From positions 320,001 through 384,000 of the forward strand of contig CAZFGR010000001.1 of assembly GCA_964518475.1 (NCBI GenBank): a stretch of 64,000 bases of DNA, written 5' to 3'. This DNA is from an uncultured Nitrososphaerota archaeon. Its GTDB lineage: Archaea; Asgardarchaeota; Njordarchaeia; Njordarchaeales; Njordarchaeaceae. The position numbers and the translations under genes are program-made. Shown one piece after another: positions 10,003 to 18,887 of this stretch (positions are counted from its first letter, which is position 1; each line of letters opens with the position of its first letter). Under the pieces are notes generated by a model. That model was not told the origin of the DNA, did not search any database, and worked only from the letters and a program-made list of their open reading frames with translations.

Positions 10003-10896
10003 ATGGCGCGGTTTATGATTCATGCAGTATTTATTTTGGATGCTTCAGGCACACCTATATATGTCTGGAAATCCGAAACAGCTCCACCTCAAATCTTTAA
10101 AGGAAAAGATGAAAACTTGATAGCCAGTTTTGTATCAGCTCTATTAAATTTTGGTCAGGAAACTTTTGTGGCTCCTCAGAGAATTGACTTCATGACTTTT
10201 GCACTGTCATTTTTCACTTTCAAAATTGGGGAGCGCGTGTTCTGGGTTGCAGCTATTTCAGATGTAACTGATCACCAACGGGCAACAAACATCGTCCTTA
10301 AAGATTTGGCTAAGAAGCTAAGTAATTTGATCATAGAGGCTCAACTTGAAGAGGGATTAATCGTAGTCAGCGAAGAAATTAGCAAGAAAATTGAAAATGT
10401 TATCCAAGATACTATTAAATCTCACACTAGATTATTTCCTCAACTACGATCAACAATACCGTTTTCTACAATATTTAGCCTAGTACTTGGAACCCCTACA
10501 GTTCTTGCCTCTTATTATCTACTTATGTTCTTCTTTACCGCATTGCCCTCAGAAGCCTTAAATCCTTACTTATCTGCTTTCGCACTAGTCGTAAGTTTCG
10601 GAATAATAACGGGAATTATTTGCGGATCTCTTGCAGCAAATAATATCGCTGGATTTATCAGTAGCTACATTGCTTCTCTTGTAGTCTCCGCACTAACCTA
10701 TCCAGAGTTAAACCTCATCGTCATAATCGTATTAGCGTTGACAATTTCACTGTTAAGTGGATTAATAGGATTCGTAACTGGATATTGGCGTGATGCATCT
10801 ACCCTTACGTTACAAAGAACCTCAAGAAAACCGATACTTGGCAAGACAACTATTGAATTTGAGGAAGAAGCTTTTAAGGAACTCGAAGAACTATGA
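10003..10896 (+). CDS. Longin-like domain fused to about 4 C-terminal transmembrane helices
   Basis: IHAVFILDASGTPIY...LIASFVSALLNFGQE longin/roadblock-type pattern, followed by hydrophobic helices. Confidence 0.65.
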   Translation: MARFMIHAVFILDASGTPIYVWKSETAPPQIFKGKDENLIASFVSALLNFGQETFVAPQRIDFMTFALSFFTFKIGERVFWVAAISDVTDHQRATNIVLKDLAKKLSNLIIEAQLEEGLIVVSEEISKKIENVIQDTIKSHTRLFPQLRSTIPFSTIFSLVLGTPTVLASYYLLMFFFTALPSEALNPYLSAFALVVSFGIITGIICGSLAANNIAGFISSYIASLVVSALTYPELNLIVIIVLALTISLLSGLIGFVTGYWRDASTLTLQRTSRKPILGKTTIEFEEEAFKELEEL

Positions 10897-10975
10897 AGAA
10901 ACAATAAAAATTTAATACCCAACTAAGCCACACATAAACACATACTAGTTTTAAGTCGTTTCCGAGGGAAAAGTA

Positions 10976-11374
10976 ATGTCTGAACAAAGTTCAGAAAAAG
11001 TTCAACAAAGAATACGAAGATTCGCTAGACGGAGACAAAGAAGAACCGTACCAAGAGTACGTCGAATGAAGATCCATCTAAAAGTCGCGGGAATAGATTA
11101 TAGAATCTTGGAAGAATACACGCAAAGCCTAGCTGCGATTCTGAGAAATAGAGGGGCTAAAGTCTCTGGTCCAATAAAGTTGCCCACAAAGAAGCTTTAC
11201 TTGTCTGTTCGTAAGTCTCCATGTGGAGAAGGAACGCCAACTTACGATTTCTTCGAATTATCAATCCACAAAAGATTGATTGTTGCTGAACTAACATCCC
11301 GAGATCTTACGTATATCCTAACAGTTCCCGTTCCCAAAAATACTTGGACTGAAATAAGGTTACAGCCAAAGTAA
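10976..11374 (+). CDS. rps10: 30S ribosomal protein uS10 with Arg-rich N-terminal extension
   Basis: SGPIKLPTK, RKSPCGEGTPTYD, IHKRLI. Confidence 0.93.
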   Translation: MSEQSSEKVQQRIRRFARRRQRRTVPRVRRMKIHLKVAGIDYRILEEYTQSLAAILRNRGAKVSGPIKLPTKKLYLSVRKSPCGEGTPTYDFFELSIHKRLIVAELTSRDLTYILTVPVPKNTWTEIRLQPK

Positions 11375-11541
11375 ACGACAAGGTATAAATACGCACCTTT
11401 AGCAAGACATAGCTTTTATTTCCCTTCTCTTTACTACCTACTCATTTGTTGCCAAAAAATCTTATTTTCTGTTAAGTTTAGTGTTGATTATTAGAATGAG
11501 AGATGAGACAAAGTAATCAGTAGAATCTACGGGTTATTTTT

Positions 11542-11799
11542 ATGCCTATTGAAATTCTCTTTTTATGCATTAAAGATTCCGCGGTTTGTGATTATTTCCT
11601 AGAAATACTTAAAGAAGTTCTGAAAGAAATTGAGAGAAAGGAAGTAAAAATATCGTTCATCGATATTCTAGAGGATTACAAATTAGTTAAAAAATATCAG
11701 ATAATCGCGATACCAACGATAATTATTAAGAAAGATGGAAAAGTTATAAAATTGATATCTCCGGATACGAAAACTTTGAAAGAAGTTATGACCTCTTAA
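11542..11799 (+). CDS. Thioredoxin-fold protein lacking canonical CxxC
   Basis: IDI...KYQIIAIPTII cis-Pro motif; Cys spacing is C-x6-C. Confidence 0.6.
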   Translation: MPIEILFLCIKDSAVCDYFLEILKEVLKEIERKEVKISFIDILEDYKLVKKYQIIAIPTIIIKKDGKVIKLISPDTKTLKEVMTS

Positions 11800-12367
11800 A
11801 CCGTCCAGCTATTCCATACCCAATATATATGAGGATGATTCCTGACATAATACCCATTACCAATAGAACAGCGGGGGGAATTTCAAGACTAGGCAATACT
11901 TGGAACTCATGACTCTTTATTGCATATACCTCAAAATACCTACCTGGAAAGTAATAGGCCTCAAAGTATGCTGTTATGTTATATCTACCTGGGGGGAAGT
12001 TCTTCAATGATATTTTTACAGACAAGGTGTAGCTTGCGTTCCCTTCTAGCGCATACCCATAAAGTTCCCTTATAATTACTGTGAATTTTGTTTGCCTTTC
12101 ACCACCCGCTTCAAATCGGAAGATTGTCAAATTAAATTTATCGAGTCTGAGCGTCGCTCCTTGTTTGTCGTTTCTCACTACAACGATTACATGTAGTTCC
12201 TCGTTTTGTCTATATATATCCTTAAGCTTATTTGAAAAGGTCGCTACATCCTGTTCTTCTTGCGCTATTACATTACTTGGCATGGTTACTAACGCTAATA
12301 CTTGGAGAACAATGAACATCGCAACTACGAACTTCTTGCTTTTAATGCTAAGCGACATTTTTTCCAC
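11786..12367 (-). CDS. Type I membrane protein (signal peptide, Ig-like domain, C-terminal TM); TRAP-alpha-like candidate
   Basis: Signal peptide ending VIA-QEE, beta-rich domain, TM helix followed by a basic tail. Confidence 0.6.
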   Translation of the reverse strand: MEKMSLSIKSKKFVVAMFIVLQVLALVTMPSNVIAQEEQDVATFSNKLKDIYRQNEELHVIVVVRNDKQGATLRLDKFNLTIFRFEAGGERQTKFTVIIRELYGYALEGNASYTLSVKISLKNFPPGRYNITAYFEAYYFPGRYFEVYAIKSHEFQVLPSLEIPPAVLLVMGIMSGIILIYIGYGIAGRFKRS

Positions 12368-12483
12368 CAGATACTAGATCTTTTTCTTTTTGAGACTTGA
12401 GAAATTATAAATATATATAAATCTCCTAATGCTTTGGTAAATCTGATTAATTACTGAAACTAATTTTTAATCACATAATTTAA

Positions 12484-13161
12484 TTGGTGGTTATTTTGGA
12501 ACAACGAGAATTAGAACGAATAGTTATTCGATCATATTCAAAGATTATTGTCTTACTTCCTTCAGCGATAATAGCTGCTATTCTAGGGTTATTGCAACTT
12601 TATCTTGGCTCCACAATAGATCGATTTCTAGGCTTAATATTTATGGTAATTCTCTTCTTTAATATTCTCGTAGCAGCTTTTGAATTCACTGAAGCAAAAA
12701 CATTCGGTTTTTTCGCCTTACTGATTATTGCTGCCTTATCTTACCTTATAATGGTTCAATATAATGTAATACCTGCGCTACCAGCGTCTGCTCTATTAGC
12801 TTCATTAGATATAACTCTCTCTACACAAGCATACTTCGCTTACAGCTTAATAATAAGCATTATTGTTTTTCTTGCATGGCTTTCTAAACGCTGGGATTAC
12901 TGGATAATAGAGCCTAATCAGGTTACTAGACGAACGGGCATATTCGGAAAAAGAGAAAGATTTCCAACTCATGGTATGCAATACGGGATCGAGATAAGAG
13001 ATATTTTTGAATACCTACTATTTGGTAGCGGCACTTTAACGCTCTACTTCCCTAGTGAAAAAAGAATATATGTGCTTCCATTAGTACCAAAAATTAAACA
13101 TGTTGAAAGAGCTATTAGCATGCTTCTTGGAATAATCGAAGTCGAAGAGGAGGAGGTATAA
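12484..13161 (+). CDS. Membrane protein with C-terminal bacterial-PH-like domain
   Basis: 4 TM helices then RRTGIF...IFEYLLFGSGTL pattern. Confidence 0.6.
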   Translation: MVVILEQRELERIVIRSYSKIIVLLPSAIIAAILGLLQLYLGSTIDRFLGLIFMVILFFNILVAAFEFTEAKTFGFFALLIIAALSYLIMVQYNVIPALPASALLASLDITLSTQAYFAYSLIISIIVFLAWLSKRWDYWIIEPNQVTRRTGIFGKRERFPTHGMQYGIEIRDIFEYLLFGSGTLTLYFPSEKRIYVLPLVPKIKHVERAISMLLGIIEVEEEEV

Positions 13162-13164
13162 CAA

Positions 13165-13326
13165 ATGCAAGCGGGTATTACGACTGGATATTATTTGGAA
13201 TTAATCCTTTACGTGATAGGCATTATTCTAATAATAGCATTACTTGCCTTTCATTATCTAACATATGAACCGACAATTGTTAGGGAGGAAAAGCGCAGAA
13301 GAAGACGCCAACGCAGAAAAAAGTAA
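13165..13326 (+). CDS. Small single-TM protein with poly-Arg tail (53 aa, absent from ORF track)
   Basis: MQAGITTGYYLELILYVIGIILIIALLAFHYLTYEPTIVREEKRRRRRQRRKK; GGAGGAGGT RBS; 3 nt after the upstream stop. Confidence 0.7.
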   Translation: MQAGITTGYYLELILYVIGIILIIALLAFHYLTYEPTIVREEKRRRRRQRRKK

Positions 13327-13397
13327 CCTTCAAATTATTTTTTAGCCTTATACTCCTTAAAATCTAGAATCATTCCAGAACTCTTTTTAAAACATCC

Positions 13398-13988
13398 TTA
13401 AGCACCACTTTTGATAATTTTTTTCCTCACAAACTCTAGCATCTTAGTTGTTGAGATTCCTCTATGAGAGATCGCATTTTTCTCATCAATAGACATTTCT
13501 GCGAAGGTCTTTGAGAAACCATTTGGAATGAATATAGGGTCAAAACCAAATCCATGTTCGCCTCTTGGTTCTTCCGAAATTTTACCATATACAATTCCTG
13601 TGAAGATTTTTGTTTCCCCATTTAAACAAATACCGATCGCAGACTTGAAGTATGCTCTTCTATCCTCTACGTTCTCTAATAATTTTAAAATTCCAGAAAG
13701 TCCTATTGTTTTGAATACATAATTTGAAAAAGGCCCCGGAAATCCATTTAGAGCATTAATAAACAAACCAGCGTCTTCAATAAAGAAATTATCTAATCCC
13801 CGACTTCTGATGTAATCAACAGCGAATTTGACAATCTCCTCAAGGCTTACTGCTTGGATTTCCAACTTTATACCCGGTTTTTTAAACATTTCTATCTTAA
13901 TTGGCACTTTCATTTTCTCTGCAATTCTGACTATTTCTGAGAATTTATGACGATTACCTGTTATGAAATATAGTTTATGTATGCTCAT
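13398..13988 (-). CDS. rdgB: Non-canonical purine NTP pyrophosphatase (RdgB/HAM1)
   Basis: TGNRHK, EDAGL, GFPGPFS, GFGFDPIF, EKNAISHRG. Confidence 0.95.
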   Translation of the reverse strand: MSIHKLYFITGNRHKFSEIVRIAEKMKVPIKIEMFKKPGIKLEIQAVSLEEIVKFAVDYIRSRGLDNFFIEDAGLFINALNGFPGPFSNYVFKTIGLSGILKLLENVEDRRAYFKSAIGICLNGETKIFTGIVYGKISEEPRGEHGFGFDPIFIPNGFSKTFAEMSIDEKNAISHRGISTTKMLEFVRKKIIKSGA

Positions 13989-14029
13989 TCTCTATCACTT
14001 TTCTTAGCAAGTAATTTGGTGAAATTAGT

Positions 14030-14515
14030 ATGGATATTGTAGAACGTGCAATAAATCTTTTCTTTTTAGGAAAGGTAAGACAGGCTGAAAACATATTGGA
14101 AGATATTTTTAATTCAAGAAAAAATGATCCAAGAATTTGGTTTCTTAAAGCACTTATCGAAAAATCTAAGGGAAATCTCCTTCCAGCGTTGAATTCTATA
14201 GAGAAGGCATTAGAGCTAAAGCGTGATTACGTAGAAGCTTGGACACTTAAAGCCTCCATTGCGAGAGAAGCGAATAATTTCGGAGAGGCCCTAAGAGCTA
14301 TTGACGAAGCTTTAACCATCATATACAAACAGGACGACTATGAAGACTATGAATTATTGATAGAGAAAGCAAAAATCTTATATCTCATGGGCAATATAAG
14401 AGCAGCACAAAGAATATTAATAAAAGTATTGGAGATCAATCCAGAAGACATGGATCTTCAAGATCTGCTAGAGAAAATTAGAACAGCTAAGAAATCACTT
14501 AACAAGGAGAAATAA
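14030..14515 (+). CDS. Tetratricopeptide repeat protein
   Basis: Repeated W..KA....G....AL...KAL...P TPR pattern. Confidence 0.85.
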   Translation: MDIVERAINLFFLGKVRQAENILEDIFNSRKNDPRIWFLKALIEKSKGNLLPALNSIEKALELKRDYVEAWTLKASIAREANNFGEALRAIDEALTIIYKQDDYEDYELLIEKAKILYLMGNIRAAQRILIKVLEINPEDMDLQDLLEKIRTAKKSLNKEK

Positions 14516-14622
14516 TTCTACTACAAAAAGTCGTTAAAGTTAAATTCCCCATGAATAAGATTTAAGGTGCTAATTAAGACCTGATACTGATTAATTATCA
14601 GAAGAGGCTCAAAATTAATAAT

Positions 14623-15003
14623 ATGGAGCGGAGCAGAATGACATTAAAAACAAAATCGACAAATGTCCTGCTTCATGCCTTAATAAGGACTCTAAGAAAA
14701 GTAGCACGAGAAAATAATGCAAAAATATGGAGAGCCGTCGCTGACATCCTAGAGAGACCTAGGAGAAAGAGGGTCATTGTGAATCTCTCAAAAATAAATA
14801 GACTAACTAAGAGTGGAGAAGTTATCATTGTGCCTGGGAAAGTCTTGGGTGGGGGAGAACTAGATCATCCATTAAAAGTAGCAGCTCTAGGTTTTTCCGA
14901 AAGTGCTAGAAAGAAAATAATTAATGCTGGTGGACAAACTCTAACAATAGAAGATCTTATAAAAGAGAATCCAAAGGGTTCAAACGTAAGAATTATTATT
15001 TAA
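14623..15003 (+). CDS. rpl18e: 50S ribosomal protein eL18
   Basis: VNLSKINR, VPGKVLGGG, NPKGSNVRII. Confidence 0.95.
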   Translation: MERSRMTLKTKSTNVLLHALIRTLRKVARENNAKIWRAVADILERPRRKRVIVNLSKINRLTKSGEVIIVPGKVLGGGELDHPLKVAALGFSESARKKIINAGGQTLTIEDLIKENPKGSNVRIII

Positions 15004-15038
15004 AAACTTTCCGTGATAAAGAAACATGAAGTTATCAG

Positions 15039-15533
15039 GTGATGCCGATGTCTCAAACTACTGAGAAAGAAAAAAGTGGCAAAAAACCAGATTTCGTCTT
15101 AATAGATGCGACTAATATGATCCTAGGGCGCCTAGGAGCTAGAGTAGCTAAAATGCTACTTGAAGGGAAGCGAGTAATAATTGTAAATGCAGAGAAAGCA
15201 GTGATCTCTGGAGACCCGCAGTTTATTATAGAAAAATACAAAGATATCTGGGAAATTCATTCTAGAACAAACCCAAGGAGAGGTCCATTCCACTACTCTC
15301 GTCCAGATCTATTTGTAAAGAGAACAATCAGAGGAATGTTGCCATGGAAGAAAACTAGGGGTCGCGAGGCTTATCGACGACTACGCGTTTACTTAGGGGT
15401 TCCTCCAGAGTATAGAAAATTACAACCCCTAAGATTTGAAGAATTAGACGCCACCAAGAGACTAAAATGCAAATGGATTTATGTGGGAGATTTGCTTAAA
15501 CATTTTGGATGGAAAGGAATTGTTAGGTACTAG
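15039..15533 (+). CDS. rpl13: 50S ribosomal protein uL13
   Basis: ILGRL, NAEKAVISG, GPFH, RTIRGMLP. Confidence 0.95.
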   Translation: MMPMSQTTEKEKSGKKPDFVLIDATNMILGRLGARVAKMLLEGKRVIIVNAEKAVISGDPQFIIEKYKDIWEIHSRTNPRRGPFHYSRPDLFVKRTIRGMLPWKKTRGREAYRRLRVYLGVPPEYRKLQPLRFEELDATKRLKCKWIYVGDLLKHFGWKGIVRY

Positions 15534-15552
15534 AAATCTTTAACTTTTGCAA

Positions 15553-16197
15553 TTATTTCTTAGCCCTAAATATTGGAGTGAGAAGAACAACCTTATTTCC
15601 TCTCATATATGTTATTCCCGCTTCTGAAGTAACTTTAAGAAACTCTATAATTTTATCTCTAGGAGTTCTTAGCATACGTGCTAATTCATCAATATCCATC
15701 TCACCGGCTTGCTCTATTAGCGGCAACGCATGAAATCTCGGTTCAAATTTTATAATGAGATTAAATAACTTTCCCAACCTGTCGCTTAAATTCGTAAGCC
15801 TTATTCTACACTCTCGTAATTCTTTTAGAACTCTTTCTTTGTCCTTATCTCCACTCATAACTCTCGTTACCGTCTTTTGGCCCATGCGACTATATGAGAC
15901 TCTCTTTAACTCTTCCCTTATAATTTCTCGCAGTTTTGCCTCTATTATATGACTACGTTTTCTAAGAGCTGATTCAACAACCTCTTTTATCGTATTAATC
16001 ATTACGTAAAGAAGCCTCCTAGAAATAGTAGTTAGTAATGTGGATTCAACGCTCTGTAATAAAACACTTTCTTTCGACATTAATTCCGAACGAACATCTT
16101 CAGCTATTTGACGAGCATAAATCTGTAAGGCTGTCTCGAGATGCTTTGTAAGAATGCTTTCAATAATTGTTTCATCGTCACTACTCATAGCGACCAT
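15553..16197 (-). CDS. Helical/coiled-coil protein with C-terminal winged-helix domain
   Basis: C-terminal GEMDIDELARML...GITYMRGNKV wHTH pattern. Confidence 0.55.
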   Translation of the reverse strand: MVAMSSDDETIIESILTKHLETALQIYARQIAEDVRSELMSKESVLLQSVESTLLTTISRRLLYVMINTIKEVVESALRKRSHIIEAKLREIIREELKRVSYSRMGQKTVTRVMSGDKDKERVLKELRECRIRLTNLSDRLGKLFNLIIKFEPRFHALPLIEQAGEMDIDELARMLRTPRDKIIEFLKVTSEAGITYMRGNKVVLLTPIFRAKK

Positions 16198-16417
16198 CCT
16201 CTAACGCGTCCTCAGCCTTTATTAAGTTCTTATACATAGGCTCTTAAACATTGTTTTCATAGGTTTAATAGTCAACAATAACTGATAAAAAGAGAATCAT
16301 CACTGAAGTTAATAAAAAATGTTAATATCTAGAAATTCTATAGCTATCCATAGTTCCTCTTGAAATGATGTATTATTATCAGAGAAATTTAAGAGAAGCT
16401 GCCAAGGAACCTTTGTA

Positions 16418-16474
16418 ATGATGATAAAGCCCCGCCTTACTGATTTTTCACATGATGATGTGCACCACCACTGA
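16418..16474 (+). ncRNA. Box C/D guide sRNA; D guide complementary to SSU rRNA GGUGGUGCA (h34 region)
   Basis: Perfect boxes: C ATGATGA 16418-16424, D' CTGA 16440-16443, C' ATGATGA 16452-16458, D CTGA 16471-16474. Confidence 0.9.
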
Positions 16475-16496
16475 CTTAATAAGGGGATGTCTAAAA

Positions 16497-17333
16497 ATGT
16501 ATGAAAGAAAAGAAAAGCTTATGCGATTACTTTCCCGAGTTGAAGAGATCTTTGAAAGTGAGCCTCGGGTAATAGATATCTACTCTGATAAAGTAATTTT
16601 CATAGGCGATCTTCATGGAGATTGGGATGCAGCAGAGAAAATAATTAAATATATGATGAATCGTAAAGGCATTTTCGTTTTCCTAGGTGATTATGTAGAT
16701 AGAGGATACTACTCTCTAGAAATACTAGAACACCTCATCCAATTAAAACTGGAGAAACCAAATAATGTTTTTCTTTTACGGGGCAACCATGAAACTATGC
16801 TTGTTAATGAATACTACGGCTTCAGAAGCGAAGTGCTAAGGAAATTTGGAAAAGACGGTGAGGAAATTTACATTAAGTGTAATGAAGTCTTCGCCAAAAT
16901 GCCTCTTGCCGTGTTGGTTAATGATGGTGAAATACTAGCATTACATGGTGGAATACCTATTGAAGTACCGAGTCTCAATCAAATAAATTCGCTTCCTAAG
17001 AATGATCTCTATGGAGAACGTGATCCGCTTCTTTTTCAAATCTTATGGAACGATCCTGATGACTCTATCGAAGATTTTGCACCAAGCCCTAGAGGGCCGG
17101 GGTGCTACTTATTTGGAAGAAAAGTTTTTGAAGAATTTACTAGGAAGAACCACATTGAGAGGATAATAAGGGCTCATACCTTTCTCCAAGAGGGATATAG
17201 ATACTTTTTTGATAATAAGTTGCTGAGCATATTTTCGGTACTTAGCTATATCACCGGACCTGTTAGAGGCAAAATCGCAGAGTATGTTTCTGGTAAGATA
17301 AAAATAACTAATGTATCTGATTTACCCTATTAG
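16497..17333 (+). CDS. PPP-family Ser/Thr protein phosphatase
   Basis: GDLHG, GDYVDRG, LRGNHE, HGG, LWNDP, RAH, SIFS; the ORF-track start at 16452 lies inside the C/D sRNA, so ATG 16497 is preferred. Confidence 0.93.
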   Translation: MYERKEKLMRLLSRVEEIFESEPRVIDIYSDKVIFIGDLHGDWDAAEKIIKYMMNRKGIFVFLGDYVDRGYYSLEILEHLIQLKLEKPNNVFLLRGNHETMLVNEYYGFRSEVLRKFGKDGEEIYIKCNEVFAKMPLAVLVNDGEILALHGGIPIEVPSLNQINSLPKNDLYGERDPLLFQILWNDPDDSIEDFAPSPRGPGCYLFGRKVFEEFTRKNHIERIIRAHTFLQEGYRYFFDNKLLSIFSVLSYITGPVRGKIAEYVSGKIKITNVSDLPY

Positions 17334-17345
17334 GAGGTGATTTCT

Positions 17346-17588
17346 GTGGTTAAAAGAACAACAAGTTATCTCGTATGCATGAGCTGTCGAAGAGTCTATC
17401 CTAAAAGCGAATTAGAAAGAGAAAGAAAAGAAAAACGCCGAGAGACGTACGTCTGCCCCTATTGTGGTTCAATGAAATTTTCCCAAAATTTTGATAATAT
17501 AGTGCTTATAATGAACCCAGAGAAGTCTCTTGTAGCTAAAAAATTAAAACTTATCCATTCAGGTGTTTTTGCATTTTCAATCGAATAA
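17346..17588 (+). CDS. spt4: Transcription elongation factor Spt4 (RpoE'')
   Basis: CxxC...CPxCGS, NPEKSLVAKKL, G.FA; AGGAGGTG RBS. Confidence 0.85.
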   Translation: MVKRTTSYLVCMSCRRVYPKSELERERKEKRRETYVCPYCGSMKFSQNFDNIVLIMNPEKSLVAKKLKLIHSGVFAFSIE

Positions 17589-17632
17589 TCTTAAGGAGAA
17601 TTCTATGGACCTTATCAATACTCCCGCCTAGA

Positions 17633-18787
17633 TTATATGATAAATTCTAGTAATCCTCCTTTACCCATTTTTCGTGCTAGAATATCTGTAGGAGAAGGTT
17701 TGAGCTCAAAAGCTTTTGCTATCTCTTCTTTTCGCTTTATTACTTCTTCCACACGTGCTAATTTGGGTGAGAATCTTTTGATATCATTAAGGCTAATAGG
17801 CACTGAAACTAATCCAGTACGGTAATGCATGGAGAATGGTGCTCTTACATCACCCTCGGGCTTTAAAGAAGACCAATCCAATAGAATTCTTCGACGTCTT
17901 AATTCTTTCTTAGCGACGGTTGTAGTAGTAATTGGTATTTCGAATATATCTCCATAATCGCTTCTTAGTTCGTCGTAGCGACCTTTTAATTTTTCTTCCA
18001 CGAGATCTCTAATTATCTCAACAGCTCTTCTATAGTCTTCAAATGATCCTAAGGGTTTTTCGGGTTTCAACCATATCTGAAAACCTCGGGAGCCACTAAA
18101 TTTCACGCATGGATGCATTCCAAGATCTTCTTGGATAACTACGCATGTTTCCCAAGTTATCTCCTTTATTAGTTGGAACCCTACTTCTCCAGCTTCCTTT
18201 ATACTATCTCCAGCATCGATATCTATGATTAACCAATCTGGATAATCATTTCCAAGTCTGTGTACATAGGGAATGAAGTCTATTGCATGAGCATTAACAT
18301 ACTTGAGAAGTTCGTCACGGCTATTTATGAAGTTATATTTTCTTGGCTTTAACTTAGCATATCTTGAGAAGATCGGTTTAATGCTTCTTATCGGGTCATT
18401 ATCATCCGAAAAAACCTTAACTACAGTAACTGGTCTATCCCTAAGGAATGGGAGAATTAGATCCGCAATTCTCGGATAATAATATCGCGCTAAGAAAACG
18501 AGTCGATAGCTAAGATTCATTTTGGGATCATAAGCAAGTTTCCAAGCCTCTTGTCTTCCATCTTCCGTAATTCTATACTTATCACCAACGCGCTCGATAA
18601 ACCCTTGATCCATAAGTTCTCTTAAGGCTTTAAGAATCTCTTCTTTTGATGCTCCACAATCTCTATTAACCTTCTCATATATATGAGAGAAGTCAACTAA
18701 TTTATCTTGCGGTTTGATGGCTAAGAGTAGAAGAACTCTATCAATAACTCTTTTATCTTGCCCCGTTACAGACAATATATTCACCAT
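17633..18787 (-). CDS. LigD-type AEP primase-polymerase with N-terminal winged helix
   Basis: IIDID, KFSGSRGFQI, LLDW, RAPFSM..GLVSVP motifs; N-terminal LRELMDQGFI...YRITEDG wHTH. Confidence 0.8.
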   Translation of the reverse strand: MVNILSVTGQDKRVIDRVLLLLAIKPQDKLVDFSHIYEKVNRDCGASKEEILKALRELMDQGFIERVGDKYRITEDGRQEAWKLAYDPKMNLSYRLVFLARYYYPRIADLILPFLRDRPVTVVKVFSDDNDPIRSIKPIFSRYAKLKPRKYNFINSRDELLKYVNAHAIDFIPYVHRLGNDYPDWLIIDIDAGDSIKEAGEVGFQLIKEITWETCVVIQEDLGMHPCVKFSGSRGFQIWLKPEKPLGSFEDYRRAVEIIRDLVEEKLKGRYDELRSDYGDIFEIPITTTTVAKKELRRRRILLDWSSLKPEGDVRAPFSMHYRTGLVSVPISLNDIKRFSPKLARVEEVIKRKEEIAKAFELKPSPTDILARKMGKGGLLEFII

Positions 18788-18887
18788 AACCCAAAAAGAA
18801 CCTTTAATTACTTTATCTTATCATTAAGGCCTCTTTAAGAAATAACAATGTATTGAAATTCTATTTTAAAATGTTAAAAATGTTAGA

